Of a DNA stretch of 64,000 nt, positions 18,892-29,816 are shown in pieces (within the stretch, counting starts at the first letter, position 1; every line of letters begins with the position of its first letter). The DNA is from Candidatus Poribacteria bacterium (lineage in GTDB: Bacteria; Poribacteria; WGA-4E; PCPOR2b), in assembly GCA_965116925.1 (NCBI GenBank), contig OZ220744.1, positions 1,920,001 to 1,984,000 on the forward strand, written 5' to 3'. A model generated the notes under the pieces. That model ran no database searches. It saw nothing but the letters and a program-made list of their open reading frames with translations, and was not told where the DNA came from. Both the position numbers and the translations under genes were made by a program.

Positions 18892-19752
18892 ATGAACACC
18901 AGTCCAATCCTACCGGGTGAGCCGTTCAGTGAAGAGAAAACAGAACAGATTGTCAAACAGTTCCATCGTGATGGTTTCGTGCACATCCCCGGTGTGCTAA
19001 CCTCTGAGGAAATCACAGCACTACGCGATACAACCGATAGACTCTTTGCAGATACGTCCCTCGCTGACAGAACGAATCCGCACCTCGCCGATACGAGATA
19101 CATTCAAATGCGACCGCACGATGAATCGGGAGAGGAGCTCCCGTTCATTTTAAGGAATACAATCGAACTTGATCCAATCTTTCGAGAGATGCTTTTTCGG
19201 GAACCGATTCTCAGTTTGGCGGAAGCTATTGTGGGGGAAGACTGTAAATTCTGTGGTCAAAATGTATTGAGAAATCTGCCCGGTTTGTCAATTGAGCGAT
19301 GGCATGTCGATGGTCAGGTGCATTTCCCGCTCCCCGACGATGTGCCTCGCTTCGATCCACGGATTCAGATGCAGGTCTTGTGGATTACCGTACAGATGGC
19401 ACTGACAGATATTGAGACGCTTGATCAGGGACCCACGCAGTACGTCCGTGGCAGCCACTATTCCGGTCGTAACCCGAATGATCAGGATCACCCGGAGTTT
19501 GACGGACAAGGTCCCACGTCGGTCTTCTGTAAGGCTGGAGATATTTACTTGCAAGACCCCCAATGCTGGCACCGCGGCGCGCCCAACCGATCGCATCGCA
19601 CACGCTATATCTTACAATCGCAGTACGCTGCACGATGGGCATATTGGCGTTTTAATCTATGTAATCAGGTTCCTGTCCCCGAAGATTATCTGCAAGCCGC
19701 CGATGATCGCCTGTTGAGTCTATTGGGTCGAAGCCGCCCGAATAGCAGCTAG
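18892..19752 (+). CDS. Phytanoyl-CoA dioxygenase (PhyH) family protein
   Basis: FHRDGFVHI, WHVD, GPTQYVRGSH, WHRGAPN. Confidence 0.9.
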   Translation: MNTSPILPGEPFSEEKTEQIVKQFHRDGFVHIPGVLTSEEITALRDTTDRLFADTSLADRTNPHLADTRYIQMRPHDESGEELPFILRNTIELDPIFREMLFREPILSLAEAIVGEDCKFCGQNVLRNLPGLSIERWHVDGQVHFPLPDDVPRFDPRIQMQVLWITVQMALTDIETLDQGPTQYVRGSHYSGRNPNDQDHPEFDGQGPTSVFCKAGDIYLQDPQCWHRGAPNRSHRTRYILQSQYAARWAYWRFNLCNQVPVPEDYLQAADDRLLSLLGRSRPNSS

Positions 19753-19811
19753 AATTAATGGTTCTTGGAATGAATAGGACAACTTTGAGTAGCTGAAAGG
19801 AAGAGAGAGTC

Positions 19812-22800
19812 ATGAAAACGAAAGCCACAATAATCGCTAGTTTAACCCTGATGCTAAATATTGTCTGGGGTGCCTTTGGACAGGAAAAGGTGTCCGTGGT
19901 TCCGGAAATCTTCCTGAGAGGCTACGATCCTGTCACCATCTTTTTCCCTGAAGAGCGTAGACCGAACACCGATGAACCGACGGATGTCCCCGGCGAGTTG
20001 CTTCAGATTGAGCCCGATCATCCCGGCGAGTATCGATGGCTGGATGCCAGAACCCTACAGTTCTTTCCAACCATTCGTTGGCCCGCCATGCGGCGATTTA
20101 CAATAACCGTCAGTGGAGTGCCGCACACCCTTGTTACGTTGATGGCAGCACCGAAACGTATTTCACCATCTAGTGGGAGCGAAGAACTAGAACCGATTCA
20201 GGAGATACAGCTGTCGTTTGCAGATCGGATGAATCTTGATGAGTTGAGCGCGATGCTTCATTTCGAGGTGCATCCGACACCGGGGTTAGAAGCTACCGGC
20301 GATGGGACAGTGCCGGCGTCTGTAGAGCTGACGAATCGGGATTTCACTGTAAAAGAGATTGAACGGACCTCCATTCGGGATGCTGTCCAGTATCAGATTA
20401 CTTTTGACGAGCCGATTCCTTATGGCAGGATAGTGACCATGACGTTGCAGCTTTCGTTAGATGAGCGTGTAACAGGGGCACTTGTCCGTCACACTTTTGC
20501 GACTCAGACTCCCTTTCGGTTGACCGGCATTGGGTGTGGGCGGGTCGTCTTTCCCGTTGCCGCTAAGGGCAGCGTGTACCCGGTGGAGCAACCGCTTCAA
20601 GGGGGAGGGGGTGATGAGCCACTTTTTCTTGAATTCAGCCACGAACTGGGACCGATTTCAATGGCAACGGTGAAGCAATTGGTGCGATTTGAACCGGCTG
20701 TGAGGAATTTCCGTTTTGTGGTTTCTGGAAAGCGGCTCGATCTTCACTTTAGCCCTGAAAAAGATCAGATTTACCGATTAACCCTTCAGGCAATGGATTT
20801 AACAGACACGAACGGCAGGGATCTATCGGCATTTGGTGAAACTGCCCTCTATTTTTACTATACGCACCCCGATCCCTATCTGCGGTGGCGGCAGAGTAGG
20901 GGTATCCTTGAACGCTACGGGGCGCAAAAATTTCCGATGGAAGGACGTGGTGAAGAACAGGTCGATTTGCGGATTTATAAGTTAGATCCCTTGGATCGGA
21001 ATTTTTGGCCCTTCCCGGACAGATCTGTGAGGGTCAATGAGGAATCCCGCCCACCGGGTCCTGGGGAGGAGCCTGCTTTTACCAGAAATATGCCCAAGCA
21101 CATTCAGTTGCTCGGAAGTCCACTCATTTCCCGATTGGTTCCGCTACCGATGAAAGATCGAATGGGCAACCTGCGATTTGGCCTCGATCTCAAAGCATTA
21201 TTGATGAAAATTTCCGGTGAGGCCCAGCCAGGGACATACCTTCTCGGTTACCGTAAAATAGGCAGCAGCACCCAACGAAATTACGCCCGAATTCAGGTGA
21301 CAGATTTGAGCCTCAGCACAGTTGAGGAGGATTCAGCTGTAAACTTTGTTGTGACCTCCCTGAGCACCGGCGCACCCGTGGTTGGGGCACAGGTAATCGT
21401 CGAAGGGCGATATTCTAGCGACTTGCGTCAGGTTTGGAGGTCGATTATTTCGGGTGTCACTGACAGCACAGGACAGTTCCGTTATGTGCACACGAAGGAG
21501 ATTGGAGCGAGTCTGCGCCGCATTGTGATTAGTCACGATGGGGATGTGCTGACACTCAACCCTGCTAAGCCGCCACCCCATTTTCTGGACAATCACTGGT
21601 ATAGTTCCCGTCGAAATTGGCTTAACTGGTTAAGAAGTAAACCGCGTCACATCAAAGACGAGCCGGTGCGGAAGGCACATATTTTTTCAGAGCGCCCCGT
21701 GTATCGCCCGGATGAATCTGTTCACATTAAAGGATATGTGCGTTTGCGGCATATGGGCAGCCTCATATATGACCCCACATATGAGGAGGGGAACCAAAGT
21801 CGTTTGCAGGTGGAGGGTCCCGGGGATAAAACATGGACATACCCAGTCACCCTTACTGAGATCGGTAGCTTTTATCACAAATTTGATGAAGAAGATCTAC
21901 CCACAGGAAACTATCGGGCGAACCTGCTTGATAGCAATGAGAACACTCTAGCTTCTGTGACCTTCAAAAAGGAGAATTATCGCATTCCGCGCTTTGAAGT
22001 TCAACTGTTTGGTCCTGATACTGTTCCTATGGATAGAGCTTTCACATTGACGATGACCGCTGACTACTATGCTGGCGGCAGGTTGGTCGGTCAGGAGCTA
22101 ACTTGGCAGGTTACACAACTTCCCCATACCTTCAGGGCACCGGATCAATATTCCGATTTTCTGTTTTCTGCAGACCAGCGTTTTAGTGATGGCACCCCCT
22201 TCCGTGGAACGGGCAGCACCAAGCAGGAACTTACAGACGAAAACGGTTCTGCCACGCTGGAACTCAACCCTGCTTTGGAGCCAGATGGTAAACCCCGCCG
22301 CTATGTGGTGGATGCGACGGTGCGAGGTGCTGATGAACAGACCGTCACAGCGGTTAAATATATATCGGCAGCTCCGGCTTTCATTTTGGGGATAAAATTG
22401 GGACGGTTCCTGAAAAACACACTAGTTCTCAACCCGGAAGCTTTGGTGTTAGACCATGCGGGTAAACCGTTGGAAGGATTTGAGTTCGATTTGCGCTTGA
22501 TGCACCGTCAGTGGCACTCGTATCTCAAGGAGAGCGATTTCACGACGGGAAAGGCGGAGTATGTAACCGATGTGGTCGATGTTCCCCTACTCCAACAAAC
22601 GTTGACTTCAACAGCAGAACCGATGACACTATCCTTGCCCGTTGAAGCAGCAGGCGTTTATGTTGTCGAAATTTCAGCTCAGGATAGGCTCGGCAGACGA
22701 CAAACTGTATCGGCTGATCTTTATGTCGCAGGGGATACCCCCGTAGCGTGGGAGCAACCGAAGGCGAACGTCTTTGAGACCACACCGGATAAAACCACAT

Positions 22801-25556
22801 ACGATCCGGGTGAGGTCGCCAACCTGCTCCTGAAAAGTCCGTTTCAGAAGGCACGTGCGCTGATTGTTGTGGAAGGACCGAAAGCCAATCAGTACCATTG
22901 GACTGATATTGAAAATGGTCAGGGAGTATTTCCTATACCGATTAGCGGAGACATGACACCGCGCGTACCGGTGCACGCGCTGCTGTTGCGCGGGCGACTC
23001 AAAGGGGTGCAGATGGATGATGCGAGTACCGTTGATGCCGCCAAACCGATTACCATGGCGAGCACCACTTGGTTACGGGTGAACCCGCGGGATAATCAAC
23101 TCAAGATTCAACTGGAGCATCCCGCCCGAAGTCTGCCCGGCGCATCTATTCCAATGACGATCAGGCTCAGTGATCCTGACGGAAACCCACTAAACGGTGA
23201 AGTTACCCTCTGGTTGGTGGACCGGGCGGTTCTTTCCCTGGGTCGGGAAGGGCGGTTAGATCCCATGCCTTCCTTCATTGATGACGTGGAAGCGCACATC
23301 CGTATCCGCGACACTCGAAATGAGGTTGTCGGAGATCTGATGGTGAACGAAGTCCCCGGCGGTGATGGACTGCGCCTCCCGTATGCTACTGGGTCAGGCA
23401 GGGCGACGGTGCGGAAAAACTTTCAGCCTGTTCCCTATTACAACCCTCTTGTGCAAGTGGTTGATGGCGTTGCGTCGCTCACCATTGATTTATCCGATGA
23501 CCTAACGGACTTTGCTGTGCGCGCGGTAGCGACCGACGGTGCTGCTCGTTTTGGCTACGGAAAATCTGTCATCTCCGTTCGTTTGCCGCTGATTGTTCAA
23601 TCTGCGCTGCCACGTTTTGTGCGTCCCGGCGATAACTTTGTTGCAGGTGGCATTGGTCGCGTCGTCGAAGGTGAAGGCGGACCGGGACAGGTTGAACTTC
23701 AGGTGGAAGGATTGGAGGTGGACGGTGAGATGCGTCGCTCGGTCGATTGGGTGAAAGATCAACCTGAGCAGCTCTACTTCCCGATGAAGGTTCCTGCCTC
23801 CTCGCTCGCTGATGACGAAACTGGTCAGGTGAAGGTTCAACTCGCCGTCAAGCGAGAAATTGATGGGGCGATGGATGCCTTTGAAGTAACGTTGCCGATT
23901 AAGGATGACCGCGAAAGACGCCGGTTGGAAAAGTTCATGCCGGTCAAACCTGATGAGACAATCTCGTTCACAGCCCTCGAAGAAGAACCGAGACCGGGAA
24001 CTGTTCGTCAATCTGTGATGTTGACTTATCAACCCGCGTTGGTGAAGATGCTGGCGGGGCTTGATTACTTGGCAGGTTACCCATACGGCTGTGTGGAGCA
24101 GCGCATTAGCCAGTTGATTTCTGAACTCGCATTAAAGGGTCTGCTCAATCAGATTGGTCGGGAAGATCGTGCCGAAACCATTGATCTGTTGATGCGAGAG
24201 ATCTTCACCTATCTAGAGAGTGTGCAGCACGCCAACGGGCTTTACAGCTATTGGCCCGGCTCCGACAGTTATGTCAGCCTAACCGCCTATGTGGTGGAGT
24301 TTCTACTGATGGCGAAGGCACAGGGTTACGAATTTGACGAGAAACTCTTGGAGAGGGGGCTTGATGCGCTGAGAGCTTCCCTACGTTCCGACTATAGCAA
24401 TTTTATTGATGGTCAATCTTATGTTGAGCGTGCCGAAGCCCTTAATGCGTTGGCAATGGCTGGCGACTTCCAAGATGCCTACGCACACGACATGCTCGCT
24501 CGCGCCTTGACGATGGATCTCTACAGCGAGGCTAAAATCCTGTACGCTTTTCTCACAAAGGCGTCAGATGAGACAGAGTCGATTAATCGGCTCAACGAAG
24601 ACCTCTTGAAAAGTTTGATCTTCGCACTTCGGAACGGAGAAGAGGTTTACCAAGGGTTGCAGTATCGGGCAGAAAGTTGGGGTGGGTTGATCAATTCCAG
24701 CGAGGTCAAGACGCTTGCTAGCGTCGCTAAATCTCTATACGCCGTCTCGCCAGAGGATCCGAAAGCGAAGCTGCTCATCGACGAACTAATTGCCCGTGGA
24801 GAAACAAACGGTTGGGGAAGCACCAATGCTAACGCCGCTGCCTTGCTTGCATTGGGCGAAGTATTTCGAGTGCAAACACCCCCGTCAACGGGTCACCAGT
24901 TTGTTCTGCAATTTGGGGATGAATCTGTAGAAATTGATACGGTTGGGAAGACCGTCAGTCAGGTTGAAACTATTGCCGCTAGTCCCGGTGGATTGATGTG
25001 GAAATCCGGACCGACTGATAGCCTGCCCTATGCACGTTTAACGCTAGACTATATGCCAGCAGCGAGTGGAGATCAGATCACAGGAAATAACGAAGGATTT
25101 GTTGTTGAGCGATGGGCTCAGATTATTCAAGGTGAGGAGGAGCCTCCCGTCGTGCGTCCAGTCAAAGCAGGCGAAGCTCTTGAACTAGAGATGGGGACTA
25201 TTGTAGAGGAACACATCCGCGTGGTGAACCCGGAGGTGCGGCATTATGTCGCAGTAGCTGCGCCGTTTGCCGCTGGCTTTGAGCCGATGAATCCGAATCT
25301 TGCCACTGCCTCGAAAGCAGCCAAACCCACAGGAACGATGACGCTAGCACCAGCTTACGCGCAGTATCAAGATGATCAGGTCATTTTCTATTACGATACG
25401 CTCCCAAAGGGAATCTATGACTTTTACTTCCGGCTGAAGGCGAGTATTGCGGGGAGTTTCGTCCATCCACCGGCGAAGGCGGAGATGATGTACAGAGAAA
25501 CCGTCCGAGGTCGCTCTGATGGCACGCGCATCATCGTCAAACCTGATCGGGATTAA
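19812..25556 (+). CDS. Bacterial alpha-2-macroglobulin (YfhM-like)
   Basis: 1914 aa, signal peptide, SERPVYRP (MG2), thioester motif YPYGCVEQ, C-terminal PAKAEMMY. Confidence 0.92.
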   Translation: MKTKATIIASLTLMLNIVWGAFGQEKVSVVPEIFLRGYDPVTIFFPEERRPNTDEPTDVPGELLQIEPDHPGEYRWLDARTLQFFPTIRWPAMRRFTITVSGVPHTLVTLMAAPKRISPSSGSEELEPIQEIQLSFADRMNLDELSAMLHFEVHPTPGLEATGDGTVPASVELTNRDFTVKEIERTSIRDAVQYQITFDEPIPYGRIVTMTLQLSLDERVTGALVRHTFATQTPFRLTGIGCGRVVFPVAAKGSVYPVEQPLQGGGGDEPLFLEFSHELGPISMATVKQLVRFEPAVRNFRFVVSGKRLDLHFSPEKDQIYRLTLQAMDLTDTNGRDLSAFGETALYFYYTHPDPYLRWRQSRGILERYGAQKFPMEGRGEEQVDLRIYKLDPLDRNFWPFPDRSVRVNEESRPPGPGEEPAFTRNMPKHIQLLGSPLISRLVPLPMKDRMGNLRFGLDLKALLMKISGEAQPGTYLLGYRKIGSSTQRNYARIQVTDLSLSTVEEDSAVNFVVTSLSTGAPVVGAQVIVEGRYSSDLRQVWRSIISGVTDSTGQFRYVHTKEIGASLRRIVISHDGDVLTLNPAKPPPHFLDNHWYSSRRNWLNWLRSKPRHIKDEPVRKAHIFSERPVYRPDESVHIKGYVRLRHMGSLIYDPTYEEGNQSRLQVEGPGDKTWTYPVTLTEIGSFYHKFDEEDLPTGNYRANLLDSNENTLASVTFKKENYRIPRFEVQLFGPDTVPMDRAFTLTMTADYYAGGRLVGQELTWQVTQLPHTFRAPDQYSDFLFSADQRFSDGTPFRGTGSTKQELTDENGSATLELNPALEPDGKPRRYVVDATVRGADEQTVTAVKYISAAPAFILGIKLGRFLKNTLVLNPEALVLDHAGKPLEGFEFDLRLMHRQWHSYLKESDFTTGKAEYVTDVVDVPLLQQTLTSTAEPMTLSLPVEAAGVYVVEISAQDRLGRRQTVSADLYVAGDTPVAWEQPKANVFETTPDKTTYDPGEVANLLLKSPFQKARALIVVEGPKANQYHWTDIENGQGVFPIPISGDMTPRVPVHALLLRGRLKGVQMDDASTVDAAKPITMASTTWLRVNPRDNQLKIQLEHPARSLPGASIPMTIRLSDPDGNPLNGEVTLWLVDRAVLSLGREGRLDPMPSFIDDVEAHIRIRDTRNEVVGDLMVNEVPGGDGLRLPYATGSGRATVRKNFQPVPYYNPLVQVVDGVASLTIDLSDDLTDFAVRAVATDGAARFGYGKSVISVRLPLIVQSALPRFVRPGDNFVAGGIGRVVEGEGGPGQVELQVEGLEVDGEMRRSVDWVKDQPEQLYFPMKVPASSLADDETGQVKVQLAVKREIDGAMDAFEVTLPIKDDRERRRLEKFMPVKPDETISFTALEEEPRPGTVRQSVMLTYQPALVKMLAGLDYLAGYPYGCVEQRISQLISELALKGLLNQIGREDRAETIDLLMREIFTYLESVQHANGLYSYWPGSDSYVSLTAYVVEFLLMAKAQGYEFDEKLLERGLDALRASLRSDYSNFIDGQSYVERAEALNALAMAGDFQDAYAHDMLARALTMDLYSEAKILYAFLTKASDETESINRLNEDLLKSLIFALRNGEEVYQGLQYRAESWGGLINSSEVKTLASVAKSLYAVSPEDPKAKLLIDELIARGETNGWGSTNANAAALLALGEVFRVQTPPSTGHQFVLQFGDESVEIDTVGKTVSQVETIAASPGGLMWKSGPTDSLPYARLTLDYMPAASGDQITGNNEGFVVERWAQIIQGEEEPPVVRPVKAGEALELEMGTIVEEHIRVVNPEVRHYVAVAAPFAAGFEPMNPNLATASKAAKPTGTMTLAPAYAQYQDDQVIFYYDTLPKGIYDFYFRLKASIAGSFVHPPAKAEMMYRETVRGRSDGTRIIVKPDRD

Positions 25557-25680
25557 AGGCTTAAAATTTAAGCGGAGAACACAGAAAAAAATCCGGCTGG
25601 AAGAATGGAGTGGTAAAAGAAAAGATTGGTGCACTCCAGTTTTCCAACTCTCCATCTAGCTAGTTACCTGAATCAATCTT

Positions 25681-27618
25681 ATGCAAAATACACCCCGACA
25701 CGTTGGGATTCAGAAACCTGTCACCTACCAGAGCGGCTTAACAGTCAAATCCTTCCTGCTTGCCCTTGTCCTCATTCCATTCAATGTCTGGTGGCTTATC
25801 GAGCTTGAGGTGGTTCGCGTAGGCTACCCAACCATCATCCATCCACAGGCGAATGTCATCTTTATCATTTTTTGGCTACTCTTGATTGGGTATGTACTCC
25901 ACAAACTCTCTCCGAGTTTGGGTATTTCTCAGCAGGAGCTATTGACCGTCCATTTCATGTTGTGCATTGTCTCCTGTCTCTGTTCTTGGGATATGCTGCA
26001 GATTCTAATGCCAATCATGAGTTATCCGTTTCGATTTGCTACTCCTGAAAATGACTGGCGCAACCTATTTTGGCGGAATATCCCGGAGTGGCTCACTGTT
26101 TCTGACGAAAAAACCCTACTCGGCTACTATGAAGGGGATTCTAGCCTGTACAACCCCGTTTATTTGAAAGCATGGCTCACGCCAATTATCGCTTGGAGTT
26201 CGTTCATCTTCGTGTTGATGCTTGTACTACTGTGCATTAACACGCTGTTACGGATTCAGTGGACTGAGCATGAGCGGTTAAGCTACCCGCTGACACAACT
26301 CCCCCTAGAGATGACCAATCCGCGATTGCGCTTCTTTAGGAATCGGTTGATGTGGATTGGTTTCGGCATTGCCGCGCTGATTAGTATTGTTAATCTGCTG
26401 CATTCAATCTACCCTGTCATTCCGTACATCCCTGTCAAACGGCAGGGAATAGGTGGAGGCATCCGGGTCTCTTTCTATCCGTTCGTTATTGGTATGAGCT
26501 TCATGATGCCGCGGGATCTCCTGTTCTCATGCTGGGCATTTTTCTGGCTCTACAAGATTGAACTGATGGTCGGTGATATGATGGGGTGGAAAAACCTTCC
26601 GCGTTTCCCTTATGCGGCTGAACAGGGTTTCGGTGTGTATATGGGTTTGCTGGTATTCGCGCTCTGGATCGGCAGAGCGCATTTCATAGGTTTAGTACGT
26701 CATGTGTTTACGTCTACTAAATCTCGATTTCAACTGGATGACAGCCGGGAACCGATGCCGTATCGCTTGGCGGTGATAGGCATCGTGTTTGGTATGATCT
26801 TTTTGACGGTCTTCTCCTACAAAGCGGGTATGTCGTTGTGGGTGATACCTATTTTCTTTGGGATCTATTTTTTGTTATCGATCATGATCACCCGGTTGCG
26901 TGCTGAGTTAGGGTTCATCGTCCACGGACACGGTTATCGTCCGGGCATCGATCCGCATACCATGATTGTTACTGGGTTCGGTACTTGGCAACTCACCACC
27001 AATACACTCACCGTTTTTTCGATGTATATGTTTTTCAATCGTGCCTATTGGGTCAATCCGATGCCGGAGCATCTGGAAGCGTTTAAGATGTCAGAAAGAC
27101 GGAATATCAACCTTCGTCATACATCGATCGCCATCCTGCTTGCGACAGCGATTGGGGTGGTTGTGAGTTTTTGGTTTCTGCTAGACGCCTTTTACCGACA
27201 TGGTCATGACTCTGCACATTTCCACCCGCATTCGTTATGGTATGGGCGTATGGCATACGGTCAACTGGAGAATTGGCTAAACTACCCCCGTGAGGCTGAC
27301 GGTCCCGCACTTGCGTTTATGGCAGGCGGATTCGGGTTGACAGCAGTGTTGATGTTCTTGCGTACTCGGTTTCTCTGGTGGCCCCTACACCCGCTCGGCT
27401 ATGTGACAGCGGATAGTTGGGGGATGTTCAACCTGTGGTCCTGTATCTTTGTCGCTTGGATGATTAAGACAATTATATTGCGCTATGGTGGACTTGGATC
27501 GTATCGTCGGGCAGTGCCTTTCTTTTTGGGTGTCGCGCTCGGAGACTATATTGTGGGATTTATCTGGAGCATTTTCAGTATTTTTACCAACACGCCGTTG
27601 TATAGTTTTTTCCCATAA
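25681..27618 (+). CDS. Polytopic membrane protein, DUF6785/DUF6784 (OPT-superfamily-like permease)
   Basis: Many TM helices with QWTEHERLSYP, TRLRAELG, WWPLHPLGY, RYGG..YRRAVPFFLG. Homologous to the genes at 42320 and 44291. Confidence 0.75.
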   Translation: MQNTPRHVGIQKPVTYQSGLTVKSFLLALVLIPFNVWWLIELEVVRVGYPTIIHPQANVIFIIFWLLLIGYVLHKLSPSLGISQQELLTVHFMLCIVSCLCSWDMLQILMPIMSYPFRFATPENDWRNLFWRNIPEWLTVSDEKTLLGYYEGDSSLYNPVYLKAWLTPIIAWSSFIFVLMLVLLCINTLLRIQWTEHERLSYPLTQLPLEMTNPRLRFFRNRLMWIGFGIAALISIVNLLHSIYPVIPYIPVKRQGIGGGIRVSFYPFVIGMSFMMPRDLLFSCWAFFWLYKIELMVGDMMGWKNLPRFPYAAEQGFGVYMGLLVFALWIGRAHFIGLVRHVFTSTKSRFQLDDSREPMPYRLAVIGIVFGMIFLTVFSYKAGMSLWVIPIFFGIYFLLSIMITRLRAELGFIVHGHGYRPGIDPHTMIVTGFGTWQLTTNTLTVFSMYMFFNRAYWVNPMPEHLEAFKMSERRNINLRHTSIAILLATAIGVVVSFWFLLDAFYRHGHDSAHFHPHSLWYGRMAYGQLENWLNYPREADGPALAFMAGGFGLTAVLMFLRTRFLWWPLHPLGYVTADSWGMFNLWSCIFVAWMIKTIILRYGGLGSYRRAVPFFLGVALGDYIVGFIWSIFSIFTNTPLYSFFP

Positions 27619-27623
27619 TAATT

Positions 27624-27841
27624 TATGGTGAAATCTAAAAATAAATAGATACTTTCGCCCCCGGTAGGTGCGGTTTTATGAAGATTAATTTATTAATTGG
27701 ATAATTTCCGAGCGATGTCCGGTGCGGTTGGAAACCGCACCTACCGGGTCTGGGAGCAATATAGAATTACCCGTTTAATTTCTTAAAACTCATTCAACCA
27801 CACCGGTTTGGGGTGCCTCATTAATTCTAAGGTCCACTATG
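27624..27841. mobile_element. MITE F (IS630-like TATAGTG ends) with a second MITE nested in its REP loop
   Basis: Outer shell aligns end to end with 46354-46455. The 116-bp insert 27678-27793 has its own imperfect IRs and an inverted copy of the same REP (27719-27747). Confidence 0.85.
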
Positions 27842-27882
27842 GTTCTAGCAAAAATGTTGGAATCCTTAAAGGAGGTTCTGTC

Positions 27883-28443
27883 ATGAAAATCTTATCTAAC
27901 AAACTGGTGATTGGGTTAATTGTGTTGATTGTGTTGGCGGTGTTCATCCTAATAGGGTTCTATTTCGGGATTCGTTGGGCTTCGCAAGATGTGTCAGTGA
28001 TTAATGGTGGACCGGACCAATTAACAGTAGACTTAGAACAAACGAGGATAGAACTGAAGGATTGGAGCGAAGATTTTCTCGATCAGTTCCCTGGCGTGCC
28101 TGCGGTCAAGGCAATGGTCGAAGTCTATCAGGAAATTCTAAGCGAAGTAATTGCCCGAAATGAAGAGTTGCGGCAAAAAGGGATGTCCACAACGAAGCGC
28201 ATAAAACACCTGACTCAGTTTGCGGAGGAAATTTCAGGTCCCATAGCGGAGCGGACACGTTCTACTGAACTCCAGTTGAAGTTGATGCGTGAGAACAGCG
28301 CGTTGAAAGAGAAGATTGACCGCTACATGCATACAAATCTGATGCTGCCGGTCCCACTTTATCTGTTAGGTTTGAACGAGAGGGATTTGGAAACACTTCA
28401 AAAGCAGTTTGAAGCATCTAAAAATAGACAGGGACGCAACTAA
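27883..28443 (+). CDS. Hypothetical protein with N-terminal TM helix and coiled coil
   Basis: AAAGGAGGT RBS before ATG 27883, hydrophobic N-terminal segment. The stop abuts the IS target site. Confidence 0.75.
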   Translation: MKILSNKLVIGLIVLIVLAVFILIGFYFGIRWASQDVSVINGGPDQLTVDLEQTRIELKDWSEDFLDQFPGVPAVKAMVEVYQEILSEVIARNEELRQKGMSTTKRIKHLTQFAEEISGPIAERTRSTELQLKLMRENSALKEKIDRYMHTNLMLPVPLYLLGLNERDLETLQKQFEASKNRQGRN

Positions 28444-28447
28444 CTTT

Positions 28448-29816
28448 TACTAAAGTTTAGACAATTTTTATTTTCTTGATGTAGCCGTATCAAGGGTTTG
28501 TTGAATATCGTCGGCATTGATGTTTTTACCGAACATCGCAGAAACTAATCGGTTTTCCATTAAAGCCCGTAGATACCGCACCATCAACCCGCGTGTCAAC
28601 TTAGCGGGTCGATACCAATCAATGCCCAATGTCTGAGTTACCTGCTCGATGGTTACCGGCGTGTCAGTATGGGAAGTGACAGCGAATAACAGTTGGGTCA
28701 TGCAACTGGCTATGAAACTGAGTTGGACAAACCGATTGATACTTTTTCGACACTTGACCCGATAGGTGTCAAATCCGAAGTGTTGCTTGGTGTCCCGAAA
28801 GGCGGTCTCAATCAACCATCTCTTTTGGTAGTATCGAACAATCTGCGGTAAATCTAGAGTTAAGTCAGTGGTAAAGACACAGAAGTATCGAAACGGCTTA
28901 CGCCTTTTGTCACGCGTTCGCATCACCACGACCCGAACGGGTTGTGGACACATTTTGGTTCGGGCGACTATACTTGCTATGGCATACTGTTTGTCGTCAA
29001 TGTCAGTCGTTTTATACCGCAGATACGGCAGATGAATCCGTTTGCCGTATCTCTTAGGTCTGCCGGGTTTGGATTGCTTGGCAGCGGTAGGTAACCGATA
29101 GAACACTGCATTCGACTTGGCACGACACAACAGGTGATGTCCCGCTTTAAGGACACAGCCAAACACTTTCTGTCGAGCGAATCCCCGGTCAAAGATAATC
29201 AGTCCCGCAGGGATGCGGCTGCACATCCGTTTGAGGACTGACTCACTAGTGTCGCGCTTTGTCTGTGGACACATCAACTTGACAAACACCGGAAAAAGTA
29301 TCGTCTCGTGGACGGTGCTACAAAGTAATCCCAATGCACCAAACTGATGACCATGGTGAAACTTCGATTGATTCGTGTTGCGTGTGTGATAGCGATGGTT
29401 CCTGAAAAAATGAAGTCCAAATTGTGTCTCGCCGGTCTTTCGTGCGTGCGTCTCATCGTAAACGTAGACCCAGTTATCGAAACACCTCTGTAACAACTTC
29501 AGCAGATGGTGACCGACTCTATCGGCGTCCCACTTGCCACGCGAAAGGAACTTCACCAGCGAGTGGTAACCCGTTTTCGGACGAACCGCTTGATAAATGC
29601 CGGTCAGCGTCGCACCTTCGCGCTGTGTGATAAGTCCCACAACAAAGACACAAAACAGATGAAAGTTTTGAGACTTGAATAACGGACGAAAATCGGTTAA
29701 AATAGCATTCAGGCAGAATATGAGGTACATAACTTCTCCTTTCAAAATTGTGATGGATTTCTGAAAGGATAACCTCTTTTCTGCCTTTTTGCATTAAAAT
29801 TGTCTAAACTTTAGTA
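28448..29816 (-). mobile_element. Intact insertion sequence, IS701/IS4-like
   Basis: Perfect 21-bp TIR TACTAAAGTTTAGACAATTTT, 5-bp TSD ACTTT (28443-28447 / 29817-29821), single transposase. Confidence 0.95.
28468..29730 (-). CDS. DDE transposase (IS701/IS4-like)
   Basis: YDET, FDRGF, YQKRWLIETAFRDTK (YREK-type motif). ATG 29730 with AAGGAG RBS. Confidence 0.92.
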   Translation of the reverse strand: MYLIFCLNAILTDFRPLFKSQNFHLFCVFVVGLITQREGATLTGIYQAVRPKTGYHSLVKFLSRGKWDADRVGHHLLKLLQRCFDNWVYVYDETHARKTGETQFGLHFFRNHRYHTRNTNQSKFHHGHQFGALGLLCSTVHETILFPVFVKLMCPQTKRDTSESVLKRMCSRIPAGLIIFDRGFARQKVFGCVLKAGHHLLCRAKSNAVFYRLPTAAKQSKPGRPKRYGKRIHLPYLRYKTTDIDDKQYAIASIVARTKMCPQPVRVVVMRTRDKRRKPFRYFCVFTTDLTLDLPQIVRYYQKRWLIETAFRDTKQHFGFDTYRVKCRKSINRFVQLSFIASCMTQLLFAVTSHTDTPVTIEQVTQTLGIDWYRPAKLTRGLMVRYLRALMENRLVSAMFGKNINADDIQQTLDTATSRK

